Below are positions 19,959 to 33,564 of a DNA stretch of 64,000 bases, piece by piece. Position 1 is the first letter of the stretch; each line of letters opens with the position of its first letter. Source of the DNA: Alphaproteobacteria bacterium (GTDB lineage Bacteria; Pseudomonadota; Alphaproteobacteria; GCA-2731375); the NCBI GenBank assembly GCA_965225945.1, contig CBDDBZ010000039.1:256001-320000 (forward strand), written 5' to 3'. The notes beneath the pieces were generated by a model that was given only the letters and a program-made list of their open reading frames with translations, searched no databases and had not been told where the DNA came from. The position numbers and the translations under genes are program-made.

Positions 19959-20130
19959 CCGGGCCATGCCACGCGCCGCTCTTTGTCGATGGCCGCTCGC
20001 CCGGCGCGCCGGGCCTTCCGCTCCCCCGCCCAACCACCCAGGAGCAGGAGGCCCGGCGCGCCACCTGGCCCGGCCGGATCGCTCGGGTGGTTGGGCGGGG
20101 GAGCGGGAGGCCCGGGCCATGCCACGCGCC
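19959..20130. repeat. Hairpin of about 29 bp (20011-20113) bracketed by 19-bp direct repeats
   Basis: CCGGGCCATGCCACGCGCC at 19959 and 20112; inverted arms GGGCCTTCCGCTCCCCCGCCCAACCACCC. Confidence 0.7.
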
Positions 20131-20201
20131 AGCGTGGCGACAAAGAATCGCGGGTGGTTTAGCCGTGCCGGACGATGCCCTGGCGCGGCCGTCGAGCCGC
20201 C

Positions 20202-20675
20202 TCAAACAAATTTGATCTTGATCAGTTCGTAGAGCTTGTGGCCACCGGGCGTGGTCACCTCGACTTCGTCGCCGACCTCCTTGCCGATCAGCGCGCGGGC
20301 CAAGGGCGAGGCGATGGAGAGGCGCTTCTGCTTCACGTCGCTCTCGTCCTCGCCGACGATCTGGAAATGCATCTCGGCCTCGGTGTCGTCGTCGATCAGG
20401 GTGACGGTGGCGCCGAACTTGACGGTACTGCCCGAGAGCTTGGAGGCATCGATCACCTGGGCCCGGGAGACCTTGTCCTCGAGCTCCGCGACCCGCGTCT
20501 CGACGAAGGCCTGGCGTTCCTTGGCGGCATGATATTCCGCGTTCTCCGAGAGATCGCCGTGGGCCCGTGCCTCCTCCAGCGCACGCGATATCGCCGGACG
20601 CTCCTCCGTCTTCAGGCGCTTCAGCTCCTCCTCGAGCTGTGCGAAACCTTGGGCGGTCATGGGAAATTTGCTCAT
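20202..20675 (-). CDS. greA: Transcription elongation factor GreA
   Basis: [29 protein letters not shown]. Confidence 0.97.
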   Translation of the reverse strand: MSKFPMTAQGFAQLEEELKRLKTEERPAISRALEEARAHGDLSENAEYHAAKERQAFVETRVAELEDKVSRAQVIDASKLSGSTVKFGATVTLIDDDTEAEMHFQIVGEDESDVKQKRLSIASPLARALIGKEVGDEVEVTTPGGHKLYELIKIKFV

Positions 20676-20720
20676 CCGCGGCCTGCTCGCTGATCGCCGC
20701 CGCCCCGGCGGCGACAGCCT

Positions 20721-23957
<3,237 letters not shown>

Positions 23958-24053
23958 CCGGCGCGAGCTCCACTCAGGCTACGATGGGGCGGCCGAGGGC
24001 CGCGCCCGGCTGGTACTCCCCAGGGCGCCGCGATGCAACGGGCGAGGCTGTGC

Positions 24054-24449
24054 TCAGCCGCTCGGCGTGAAGAGCGGGACCGCCTGGCCGTCCTCGGCCG
24101 GCTTGAAGGTCACCTTGACCGCCTGGTCGATGTGCACCGAATCGGGGTCGCAGTCGACGATGTTGGTCATCATCGTCACCCCTTCGTCGAGGGTGACGTA
24201 GGCCATCACGAAGGGCGTCTCGGCGCGGCGCATCACCGAATAGCTGTAGACCTTGCCGGTACCCTTGGCCTCGTACCACTCGGTGGCGCTGCTCTGGCAG
24301 TGCGGGCAATGGACGCGGGGGTAGAAATGCGTCCTGGAGCACGCGGTGCAACGCTTCAACAGCAGCTTGCCTTCGTTGGCGCCGTCCCAATAGGCCCTCG
24401 TCTCCTCGTTGACCACCGGTGCGGAATAGGTTCTGGACGAGGCGTTCAT
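24054..24449 (-). CDS. DUF35 Zn-ribbon/OB-fold protein
   Basis: CTAC...YPRVHCPHC; overlaps the thiolase stop. Confidence 0.9.
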   Translation of the reverse strand: MNASSRTYSAPVVNEETRAYWDGANEGKLLLKRCTACSRTHFYPRVHCPHCQSSATEWYEAKGTGKVYSYSVMRRAETPFVMAYVTLDEGVTMMTNIVDCDPDSVHIDQAVKVTFKPAEDGQAVPLFTPSG

Positions 24450-25621
24450 GCGTCGCTCCTTCCGAGAATGACGGTGGCGCTGCCCATGCGCGTCGCGATC
24501 GAGCCGCCGGTGCCGTGCGCCAGCGCCAGGGCGCAGTCCTTCACCTGGACCGCCGGATGGGCCTCGCCCCGGACCTGGCGGACCGCTTCCAGCACTTTGG
24601 TGAGGCCGCCGCGATTGCCCGGGTGGTTGTTGCAGAGGCCGCCACCGTCGGTGTTGAAGGGCAGCTTGCCCTGCCCCGAGATCAGGTTGCCGTCGGCGAC
24701 GAACTTGCCACCCTCGCCCCGGGCGCAGAAGCCCAGATCCTCGATCGTCAGCACCACGGTGATGGTGAAGGAATCATAGATCGAGGCGTAGTCGATGTCG
24801 CCGGGCGCGACGCCGGCCTCGGCGAAGGCGCGGGGACCGGAATAGGCGCCGCCGGTGAACGTCAGATCGACGGCGCCGGCATTGAGATGCTTCACCGCCT
24901 CGCCGTGGCCGAGGATCTTGACCGCCCGCTCGCCGAGCGATTTGGCGACCTCCGGGCTCACCACCACGATCGCGCCGCCGCCATCGGAGATCACGCAGCA
25001 GTCCAAACGGTGCAGCGGGTCGGCGATCATCGGCGAATTGACCACGTCCTCCACCGTCACCACCTTGCGCAGCATGGCATGCTCGTTGTGCTGGGCGTGG
25101 TGCGAGGCGGCGACCTTGACCCAGGCGAGCTGCTCGGAGGTGGTGGCGAACTCGTGCATGTGGCGCATCGCCGCCATGGCGTACATGTTGACGACGGTGG
25201 GTCCGTAAACCGATTCGAAGCCGATCTCGGGGGCGGTCGCCGGATAGACCCGGGGCGCGGTGCCGGTCGCCACGCCCTCGGCCCGGGGCCGCCCGGCCAG
25301 CGTGATCAGCGCGACGTTGCACTTGCCCAGCGCGATCGCCTCCAGCGCGTGACCGACATGGATCACGTAGGAGGAGCCGCCGGTGTCGGTCGAATCGACG
25401 TGTTTCACGTCGAGGCCCAGGTATTCGACCATCGAGAGCGGACCCAGGCCGGGCGCATCGCCGGCGCAGAAATAGGCATCGACGTCGGCCATGGCGAGGC
25501 CGGCATCGGCCAGCGCGCCGAGCGCCGACTCGGCGTGGATTTGTGCGAGCGTGATACCCTCGGCGTGGCGGACGGGGTGTTCGTGGATGCCGGCAATGTA
25601 TGCCTTGCCTCGCAAGCTCAT
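24446..25621 (-). CDS. Thiolase-domain protein (SCP2-type)
   Basis: DCCVISDGGGA, IYDSFT, NTDGGGL. Confidence 0.9.
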   Translation of the reverse strand: MSLRGKAYIAGIHEHPVRHAEGITLAQIHAESALGALADAGLAMADVDAYFCAGDAPGLGPLSMVEYLGLDVKHVDSTDTGGSSYVIHVGHALEAIALGKCNVALITLAGRPRAEGVATGTAPRVYPATAPEIGFESVYGPTVVNMYAMAAMRHMHEFATTSEQLAWVKVAASHHAQHNEHAMLRKVVTVEDVVNSPMIADPLHRLDCCVISDGGGAIVVVSPEVAKSLGERAVKILGHGEAVKHLNAGAVDLTFTGGAYSGPRAFAEAGVAPGDIDYASIYDSFTITVVLTIEDLGFCARGEGGKFVADGNLISGQGKLPFNTDGGGLCNNHPGNRGGLTKVLEAVRQVRGEAHPAVQVKDCALALAHGTGGSIATRMGSATVILGRSDA

Positions 25622-25794
25622 GCGGTCTTGCTCCTTCGCCCTCTGTTCGGTGATCCCCTTGGAGGGAGCTCATGGTGTCGCCGGGCGGGCGGCCGCATGG
25701 CCGGGCGGCGACGTCCGCAAGCTACCCCAGCTCGGCGTGCCGGGGAAACAAGAAATAGACTTGAGCCCCCGCCACCAGCGCACGGAGTCTCGCT

Positions 25795-26637
25795 ATGCGC
25801 CTCGCCCTCTCCGTCCGCGTCGCCGAGGCGCCCCGGGCCAAGGACCGCTTCACCGTGGCGTTCGAGGATCTCGCGCGCCGCGCCGCCGAGGCCGGCTTCG
25901 AGGGCCTGTCGATCCGCCCCTCGGTGGTCGCGATCGCCTCGCCCGAGGCGCGCATCGAGGAAGTGCGCCGGGTGCTGGAGCGCCACGGCCTGGCCGCCTC
26001 CATGGTGACCGGTGAATTGTCGCTCGCGCTCAACGACGCGGGCGCGAGCGCGGCCGTTCGCAATATCGAGCCGCACCTCGATCTGGCGGCGAAGCTGGGG
26101 ACGGCGCGGGTTCGGGTGATGCTGCACGAGGCGGCGGACATTCCCCACGCGCGGCGCGCGGCGGAGGCGGCCCGCGCGCGCGGCCTGACGCTCTGCCACC
26201 AGACCCACTGGGGCAGCCTCTGCGAGACGGTGGAGACCAGCCTGGAGACGCTGACCAGCGTCGATTCGGCGGGCTTCGCGCTGACTTTCGAGCCGGCCAA
26301 CCTGCTGGCGGGCGAGGGCGATGCCGGCATCGACGCGCTGCCCCGCCTGGCACCGTATCTCGGCAACGTCTACTACCAGAACCTCGCCCTCGATCCCGCC
26401 TCGAGCACGCACTTTCCGACCCGGGCGCGGGGTCCGGTCGGCGTCCGCTTCCTGCCGCTGGGCGATCCGGCCGGCATCGATCCCGCGCCGCTGGTCCGGG
26501 CGTTGCGGGCGATCGAGTATCGAGGCTGGCTCACGGTGCACCAGCCGCTGTTGGCGGGAGAGGCGGTCGAGACCGTGATCGAGACCGCCGGCCGCCTGTT
26601 CCGCCGCTTGCTCCAACGGACCCAGCGGACTGCTTAA
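25795..26637 (+). CDS. Sugar phosphate isomerase/epimerase (xylose isomerase-like TIM barrel)
   Basis: AAEAGFEGL, FEPANL, YRGWLTV. Confidence 0.75.
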   Translation: MRLALSVRVAEAPRAKDRFTVAFEDLARRAAEAGFEGLSIRPSVVAIASPEARIEEVRRVLERHGLAASMVTGELSLALNDAGASAAVRNIEPHLDLAAKLGTARVRVMLHEAADIPHARRAAEAARARGLTLCHQTHWGSLCETVETSLETLTSVDSAGFALTFEPANLLAGEGDAGIDALPRLAPYLGNVYYQNLALDPASSTHFPTRARGPVGVRFLPLGDPAGIDPAPLVRALRAIEYRGWLTVHQPLLAGEAVETVIETAGRLFRRLLQRTQRTA

Positions 26638-26803
26638 GCATGATCCGCTCACCCGGAATCGCCCGGCCGAGCCTTCGTTACAGGTCGCGCGGGTCTCGTC
26701 GGCGCGGACGAGCGGAGCGAAGCACCGCAATTCAGGCGTCGATGCCGAGTCCGTCGTCACGGCGCGGGGCGCCACCCTGAGGATAAGGGACAGCGGCCGG
26801 GAG

Positions 26804-26851
26804 GAGCGTGTGGTTCATATCACCGATGGATTAGGTGATCCAAACGCCCTA
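26804..26851. repeat. Degenerate palindrome GAGCGTGTGGTTCA...TGATCCAAACGCCC
   Basis: Imperfect inverted arms, similar in style to the palindromes at 3745 and 16125. Confidence 0.45.
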
Positions 26852-26886
26852 AACTTGGCAAGGTCTCCGCTTTAGCCGAGGCAAGA

Positions 26887-27598
26887 ATGGCGCACAATGT
26901 CGGCGAATGGCTTCTACAGCTGGGTCTTGGCAATTACGCCGACGCGTTCACTGAGAACGATGTCGAGTTCGAAGAGTTGTCGGAGCTGAGCGACGATGAT
27001 CTAAGTCAGCTCGGCCTATCGCTTGGCCATCGACGCAAGTTCTTGAAGGCAGTAGCCGAACTAACCGCTGGTGCTGCTCAGCCTGAGACACCGACGGACA
27101 TAGCCGAAGCATCGCCAGCATCGACAAAGCGCGCAGAAGCCGAGCGCCGGCAGCTAACCGTGATGTTCTGCGATCTTGTCGGTTCGACCGAGCTTTCAAC
27201 CCGACTCGACCCGGAAGACCTGCGCGAGATCATGCGGCGCTATCAGGATGCGGTGGCGGGCGCGGTGACGCGCTACGGCGGCCATGTGGCGAAGTATTTG
27301 GGCGACGGTATGCTGGCTTACTTCGGTTGGCCGCAGGCTCATGAGGATCAGGCGGAACGGGCGGTACGCGCGGGCCTGGACGCGGTTGAGGCCGTGAGTG
27401 ATGTTCAAGTTGCCGATAAGCGCGCGTTGGAGGCACGTATCGGCATTGCCACCGGGCAGGTCGTTGTCGGCGACCTTGTCGGTGAAAGCGACCGCGATCG
27501 GGAAGCGGTGAGCGGCGAAACCCCCAACCTCGCGGCACGCCTTCAGGGTGTTGCTGAACCGGGACAAGTCGTGATTGGCAAGGCCACGCACCGCCTAG
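26887..27598 (+). pseudogene. SAM + class III adenylate/guanylate cyclase, truncated at an IS
   Basis: SAM domain (WLLQLGLGNY...LGHRRK), AERRQLTVMFCDLVGST, GETPNLAARLQ; interrupted at CTAG. Confidence 0.88.
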
Positions 27599-29211
27599 CA
27601 GCCTGTCGGACTTGAGCCGAGGGGTGTGATCTGATTCGATGGCATCGGTTGATTCGCCCGCGATTGATGGAGGCCGTGATGAGCAACTTCCGAGCGGTGG
27701 ACCGCGAGACGGGGTTTCTGCTGCCGCCGTCGGTGGATGAATGGCTTCCCGAGCGGCATCTGGCGCGCTTCGTGGTCGAGGTGATCGAGCAGTTGGACCT
27801 CTCGGCGTTCGTGAAGGCCTATCGCGGCTCGGGCTCGGCGTCCTATCACCCGAGCGTGCTGCTGGGGCTTCTGGTCTACGGCTACGCCACGGGAGTGTTT
27901 TCGAGCCGCAAGCTGGAGCGCGCGAGCTATGATTCGGTGGCCTTCCGCTTCATCGCCGCCAACGACCATCCCGACCACGACACCATCGCCAGCTTCCGGC
28001 GGCGCTTTCTCGTTTCGATCGAAGGGCTGTTCGTCGAGGTGCTGCTGCTGGCTCGGGAAACCGGGCTGCTGAAGCTGGGCACGGTGGCGCTGGACGGCAC
28101 CAAGGTGCATGCCAACGCGAGCCGCCACAGTGCCTTGTCGTGGAAACACGCCTGCGAGATCGAAGCCCGGTTGAAGGCCGAGGTGGTGGAACTGATGAGG
28201 CTGGCGGAGGCGGCCGATGCGGCGGATGTGCCGGACGGGATGTCGGTACCGGAAGAACTGGCCCGGCGCGAGGATCGTCTGGCCCGCATCGCCGAGGCCA
28301 AGGCGGCGATCGAGGCGCGGGCGCGCGAACGCCATGAGCGGGAGCGGGCCGAGTACGAGGCGAAGCTCTAGGCGCGCGCGGAGAAGGCCGAGAAGACGGG
28401 CCGCAAGCCGGGCGGCCGTCCGCCCAAGCCGCCGGTGGCCGGGCCCGGGCCGAAGGACCAAGTCAATCTGACGGACGCGGACTCGCGCATCATGCCGGTG
28501 GCCGGCGGTGGCTTCGAACAGTCTTACAACGCCCAGGCCACGGTGGCGGTCGACAGCCTGCTGGTGGTCACCAACGATGTGGTCCAGGCCCCCAACGACA
28601 AGCAACACATCGAGCCGGCGCTGGAAGCGCTCGAGCGGCTCTCCGAGGCGCTGGGCGCGCCCGAGACCCTGCTGGCGGACAGCGGCTACTTCAGCGAGGC
28701 CAACGTGAAGGCCTGCGCCGAGGCCGGGATCGCGCCGCTGATCGCGCCCGCTCGGGAGCACCATCATCTCTCCTGGAAGGACCGCTTCGCCGGAGCACCG
28801 CCGCCCCCGGAGAACCCGACGCCGCTGGAAGCGATGCGCCATCGACTGGCCTCGCCCGAGGGCCGGCAACTCTACGCCCTGCGCAAGCAAACGCCGGAAC
28901 CGGTGTTCGGCATCATCAAATCGGTGATGGGCTTCCGCCAGTTCTCGCTACGCGGCCTGGACAAGGTCAGGGGCGAATGGAACTTGGTGACCCTGGCTTG
29001 GAACATCAAAAGAATGTTCACCCTGCAATACGCGTGAGCAAGCGGCCCAACTCCGTGTCCTCGCGAAAGGGCCTAAAGTGTATGCTCGCCTCGCGATACA
29101 CGCGAGCAAGCGGCCGGACGCCATGTCCTCACGAAAGATGCCCGAACCCATGACCTCTCCACATCCCGATCCGTCCACACCCCTTCTCGCGGACCTCAGT
29201 CCGACAGGCTG
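27599..29211 (+). mobile_element. IS1182-like insertion sequence
   Basis: IRs CAGCCTGTCGGACT / AGTCCGACAGGCTG; CTAG on both flanks (27595-27598, 29212-29215). Confidence 0.9.
27679..29037 (+). pseudogene. IS1182-family transposase with in-frame TAG at 28369-28371
   Basis: LPPSVDEWLPERHLARF, ALDGTKVHANAS, NLTDADSRIM, ADSGY, EPVFGIIK; both halves are in the same frame. Confidence 0.88.
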
Positions 29212-29320
29212 CTAGTCCGAGATTTTCCAGACGACTCCCGCCAAACACCGGAAGCGCTTGCGTGCCGGTTTTGCTCGACCCGTTCGTTCCGATTGCGTAA
29301 CGAACGGGGTGAGCCGGCCG

Positions 29321-30817
29321 TTACCGCGAGGCTCGCCGCGCCCTCTCCGTGTCGCCGCGCCGGAGCGCGCGTCCCGGCCGCGCGCCGGTCGCCGCGCCGT
29401 GACGCCACGCGGTCTCGCCGTTGACAATCACTTCGCCGATCCCCGCCGCCGCCAGCTTCGGCTCGTCGAAGGTCGCGCGATCGGCGATCGTCGCGGGATC
29501 GAACAGCACCAGATCGGCATAATGGCCGACGCGGAGCAGGCCGCGTTTCCGCAAGCCGAATTCGCCCGCCGGCAAGCCGGTCATCCGCCGCACCGCCTCG
29601 GCGAGCGACAGCACGCCCTCGTCGCGCGCATAATGCCCCAGCACCCGGGGAAAGGTGCCCCAGAGGCGGGGATGGGGATGGCTATCCGAGGGCAGCCCGT
29701 CGGAGCCGATCATGCTCGCCTCGAAGGCCATGATCCGGCGGACGTCGGCCTCGTCCATCATGAAGTAGGCGGCGCCGGCCGGCTGTAGCAGCTCCATCGC
29801 CTCCGCCGTTCCGACCCCGAGTTCTGCCGCCACCTCGTCGAGGTCGCGGCCCGCGGCCTCGGGTCGGGCCTTGCTCCAGGTGATCAGCGTGCGGGCCGCG
29901 AGCCCGGCCAATTCCGGCAACAGCACGGAAGAGCCGGCGATATAGGGATAGAGATCCAGCCCCAAGCGCTGCTCGCCGCGCAATCGCGCGATCAGCGCCA
30001 GGGTCTCGACGCTGCGCCCGTGGTTGGCGGCACCGGTGCATTTGTGGTGCGAGATGATGACCTGAATATCGGCGTGCCGCGCGATGGCCGCGGCCTCCTC
30101 GATCGCTTCCAGCACATGGTCGCCCTCGTCGCGGATGTGGGCGGTGTAGATCCCGTCGCCCTCCGTCAGCATCTCGGCGATCGCCGCCACCTCCTCGGTC
30201 CGCGCGGCCCGGGCCGGCGGATAAAACAGGCCGCTCGACATGCCGATGGCGCCGGCCTCCATCGCCTCGGCCATCAGCGTGCGCATGGTCTCGATCTCAG
30301 CCTCGGTCGCGGGGCGGTCGAGCCGATCCATGGCGTCGTGGCGCAGCACGGAATGGCCGACCAGCGCCACCGCGTTGGTCGCCGCCGGCGCGGCGTCGAG
30401 GGCGGTGAAATAGTCTCCCAGGCTCGGGAAACAGTATTCCTCGCGATCTGCCAGCAGTTCGAACGGCGGCGGCGGCAGGCCCGGCCGGGTCAGCGGCGCG
30501 AGCGAGATACCGCAGTTGCCGACGACGACGGTGGTGACGCCCTGGCTGGTCTTGGCCGGCATCTCGGGCGTCGCCAGCAGCGCGCGGTCGTCATGGGTGT
30601 GAACGTCGATGAAGCCCGGCGCCAGCGCCAGCCCGACGCCTGCGATCTCGCGGGCCGCCCGGGTCGCGCCCAAGTCGCCGAGGCCGGTGATTCGATCGCC
30701 GGAGACCGCGAGATCGCCGAGCCGGGGCGCCCCACCGCTGCCGTCCAGGAGCAAGGCGCCCCGGACGACCAGATCGGCGTGTGACGGCACACCGTCGGCC
30801 GTACCCGCCTCAGGCAT
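29321..30817 (-). CDS. N-acyl-D-amino-acid deacylase (D-aminoacylase)
   Basis: APGFIDVHTHDD, GNCG, HPRLWGTFPRVLG. Confidence 0.92.
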   Translation of the reverse strand: MPEAGTADGVPSHADLVVRGALLLDGSGGAPRLGDLAVSGDRITGLGDLGATRAAREIAGVGLALAPGFIDVHTHDDRALLATPEMPAKTSQGVTTVVVGNCGISLAPLTRPGLPPPPFELLADREEYCFPSLGDYFTALDAAPAATNAVALVGHSVLRHDAMDRLDRPATEAEIETMRTLMAEAMEAGAIGMSSGLFYPPARAARTEEVAAIAEMLTEGDGIYTAHIRDEGDHVLEAIEEAAAIARHADIQVIISHHKCTGAANHGRSVETLALIARLRGEQRLGLDLYPYIAGSSVLLPELAGLAARTLITWSKARPEAAGRDLDEVAAELGVGTAEAMELLQPAGAAYFMMDEADVRRIMAFEASMIGSDGLPSDSHPHPRLWGTFPRVLGHYARDEGVLSLAEAVRRMTGLPAGEFGLRKRGLLRVGHYADLVLFDPATIADRATFDEPKLAAAGIGEVIVNGETAWRHGAATGARPGRALRRGDTERARRASR

Positions 30818-31598
30818 TCTGCAGCGCCCGCATCTCGGCCGCCCGCTCGCTCGCCGCCGCCATCATCAACGGCAGATCGTTGCCGGCGAGCAGCAGGCGG
30901 ACACCCATCTCGACATAGCGCCGCATCAACGGCGGGTCGTAGACGCCGCCCATGCCGGCCCACTTGCCGTTGGCCGCGCAGGCCGCGATCACCCGCTCGT
31001 AGGCCTCGACCACGCGTGGATCGCCGACCTGGCCCGGAATCCCCATCTCCATGCAGAGGTCGTTGGTGCCGATCAGCAGGGCGTCGATGCCCTCGATGGC
31101 GGCGATCGCCTCGACGTTCAGAATTGCCGTCGGGGTTTCCAGCATCACGATCAGCAGCGTCGTGTCGTTGATCAATTTCGTGGTCTCGCTCATCGCCAAG
31201 CGCTCGAAGTCGATCTGCGCCAGGCTGCTGGTCACCGAGCGGTGGCCGATCGGGGGATAGCGGCAGTTCTCGACCATCTGGGCCGCGACCTCGGGCGTGT
31301 CGACATGCGGCACCACGACGCCCAAGGCGCCGCCGTCGAGCACGCGGGTGGCGTGAAAGTGCTGGAAGCCGGGCACCCGAACGATGGCCGTGATGCCGGC
31401 GTCCTGGGCCGCGACGCTGATCTGCGCCGCCATGTCGATCGACATGGTGTTGTGCTCCATATCGATGAAGATCCAGTCGTAGCCGCACTGGCGCATGATC
31501 TTGGCGATGTCCACGGTCCGGGCCTGGCGCAGCCCGACGCCGATGGCGAGCTCGCCGGCCTCCAGGCGATCGCGCGCGGGATTCGAAATCTTGCTCAT
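30810..31598 (-). CDS. HpcH/HpaI aldolase family
   Basis: WIFIDMEH, VMLETP, LIGTNDL. Confidence 0.9.
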   Translation of the reverse strand: MSKISNPARDRLEAGELAIGVGLRQARTVDIAKIMRQCGYDWIFIDMEHNTMSIDMAAQISVAAQDAGITAIVRVPGFQHFHATRVLDGGALGVVVPHVDTPEVAAQMVENCRYPPIGHRSVTSSLAQIDFERLAMSETTKLINDTTLLIVMLETPTAILNVEAIAAIEGIDALLIGTNDLCMEMGIPGQVGDPRVVEAYERVIAACAANGKWAGMGGVYDPPLMRRYVEMGVRLLLAGNDLPLMMAAASERAAEMRALQNA

Positions 31599-31803
31599 GG
31601 TTGTCCGTCCCTCCCCCGACCGGATGGCGCCGGCCGTCCGAAGGCGAGCATATAGCATTCGCGCCGACGGGCGACTCCGGCGAGCGCGGGGGCGAAATTT
31701 ACCTGAACGGCGGATGAACGGGGGCCTCAGATTGGGTTCAGGCGGCGGCGGGCATAGTCCCGCCATCGCTTACGACAAACGACGTCCGGGGAAGGAAATC
31801 ACC

Positions 31804-32331
31804 ATGACGTACCATGTTATCCAGAACGAAACGAAGACCGCGACGCAGCGTGCCGGGGGCCGGGCGGCGGCGCTGCTGGCAACAGCGCTCGCCGCCTTGA
31901 TGCTGGCCGGCTGCGTCACCGAGGGCGGCCCCAAGCAGGGCATCGGAACCATCCTGGGGGCCGCCGGCGGTGGCCTGTTGGGTGCCCAGTTCGGCAGCGA
32001 CCGGGGCCGCCTCGCCGCCACCGCCGCCGGCGTCTTTCTCGGCTCCATGCTCGGCAATTCGGTCGGCCGTTCGCTCGACCGGGCCGATCGCCGCGCGGTC
32101 GCCCGGGCGGAGGACCAGGCCCACCGGGCACCGGTCAACGAGACGATCTCTTGGCGCAACCCCGAAAGCGGCAATTACGGCACGGTGACGCCGGTGCGCG
32201 AAGGGGTCTCGAACTCCGGGCGGCAGTGCCGCGAATACTACCACACCGTGGTCGTCGGCGGTCGCCAGGAAGAGGCCTATGGCACCGCTTGCCTGCAGCC
32301 CGACGGGAGCTGGCAGATCGTCAACGGCTGA
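31804..32331 (+). CDS. 17-kDa surface antigen-like glycine-zipper lipoprotein
   Basis: Lipobox LAGC, glycine zipper, WRNPESGNYG, CREY...AYGTAC..PDGSW. Confidence 0.9.
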   Translation: MTYHVIQNETKTATQRAGGRAAALLATALAALMLAGCVTEGGPKQGIGTILGAAGGGLLGAQFGSDRGRLAATAAGVFLGSMLGNSVGRSLDRADRRAVARAEDQAHRAPVNETISWRNPESGNYGTVTPVREGVSNSGRQCREYYHTVVVGGRQEEAYGTACLQPDGSWQIVNG

Positions 32332-32655
32332 CGCGATACGGCTGACGCGACCTTGGCGGGGTCCACGAGATGACGCTCCCCGGCGTCAGGACCCGTCGGC
32401 GGAAGGCTTTCCGGCGGAGGTTCATCCTAGCCTCCACGCGAACCGCCCCGGAAAACCCCCGCCGACGGGTCCCCTATCCGGGGACGCGGCGAATGGATAC
32501 CTGCCGCAGGTCGGCCGCGCGGGCCGGTTTGCGCGCCGGCGGCCTCGCCTCGGTCTTGTCGCGATCGCTCGATCGGCGGAAGATGGCGCCATGTGGCCCA
32601 GCGGAGCACGCACTCGGCCTCGATCGAGTGCCCGAGACAACGAGGGATCGGCGCG

Positions 32656-33489
32656 GTGAGCACGGCCGACGGGTTCGCGGTGCCGGACCTGCTCTGGAGC
32701 GTCGAGGCGCTCGCCGCCCGGCTCGGCACGCCGGGGCTCTGCGTGCTGGATGTCCGGGCGAGCGCGCTGTTTGCCGCCGGACACGTGCCGGGTGCGCTCT
32801 CCTTCGATCTCTACGCCATCAACTGCTTCGACACCGATCCCGCCCCGCTCGCCGCGTTTGTGCGGATGTACGCCTATCTCCTGGGCCAGCGCGGGGTCGG
32901 TTTCGCCGACGAGATCGTGATCACGGGTGAGATCACGGGCATGTGCGCGGCCCGCGGCTTCTGGTTGCTGGAGCTGTTCGACCATGCCCGCGTGCATGTG
33001 CTGGACGGTGGCGTCAAGGCCTGGCGCGCCGCCGGCCGGCCGGTCAGCCTCGAGGCCGAAGTGCCGCCGGCAGCACCCTTCCGGCCCGGCTGGCGCCCGG
33101 AACGCCTGGCGACCCGCCATGACGTTCAGGCGGCGATGGAGGATGCCGGGGCGTTGATCCTCGACACCCGCTCACGCGGGGAATGGCTGGGAACTGACCG
33201 CCGCGCCGCCCGGGGTGGCGCCGTGCCGGGTGCGGTGCACCAGGATTGGGAAGCGCACCTCACGGCCGACGGCGGGATGCGCCCCGCCGGTGAATTGCGC
33301 GCGCTGTTCCAGGAGCTAGGCGCGACGCCGGAGCGCGAGATCATCGCCTACTGCAACACCGGCTATCGCTCGGCGCATGCCTATCTGGCGCTCCGCCTCT
33401 TGGGCTATCCCCGGGTCCGCAATTATCTGGGCTCGTGGCAGGAATGGGCCGAGCGGCCGGAACTGCCCGTCGTCGTCCCCGACGAATAG
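32656..33489 (+). CDS. Sulfurtransferase (tandem rhodanese)
   Basis: GHVPGA, LDGG, YCNTGYRSA, YLGSWQEW. Confidence 0.9.
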   Translation: MSTADGFAVPDLLWSVEALAARLGTPGLCVLDVRASALFAAGHVPGALSFDLYAINCFDTDPAPLAAFVRMYAYLLGQRGVGFADEIVITGEITGMCAARGFWLLELFDHARVHVLDGGVKAWRAAGRPVSLEAEVPPAAPFRPGWRPERLATRHDVQAAMEDAGALILDTRSRGEWLGTDRRAARGGAVPGAVHQDWEAHLTADGGMRPAGELRALFQELGATPEREIIAYCNTGYRSAHAYLALRLLGYPRVRNYLGSWQEWAERPELPVVVPDE

Positions 33490-33564
33490 CTCCGTACCCG
33501 ACACGCCCTAAGCACCTTCGGACCATACCCGCTCCGGCCGTGCTGCGCCAACGGCGCCCGAATT

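Noticed and set aside
24054-25621. Thiolase + DUF35 pair as a novel system
   Set aside because: This is a well-known, widespread gene pair
28369-28371. Pyrrolysine or recoded amber
   Set aside because: No pyl genes are visible, and TAG is used as a normal stop by many genes in the window
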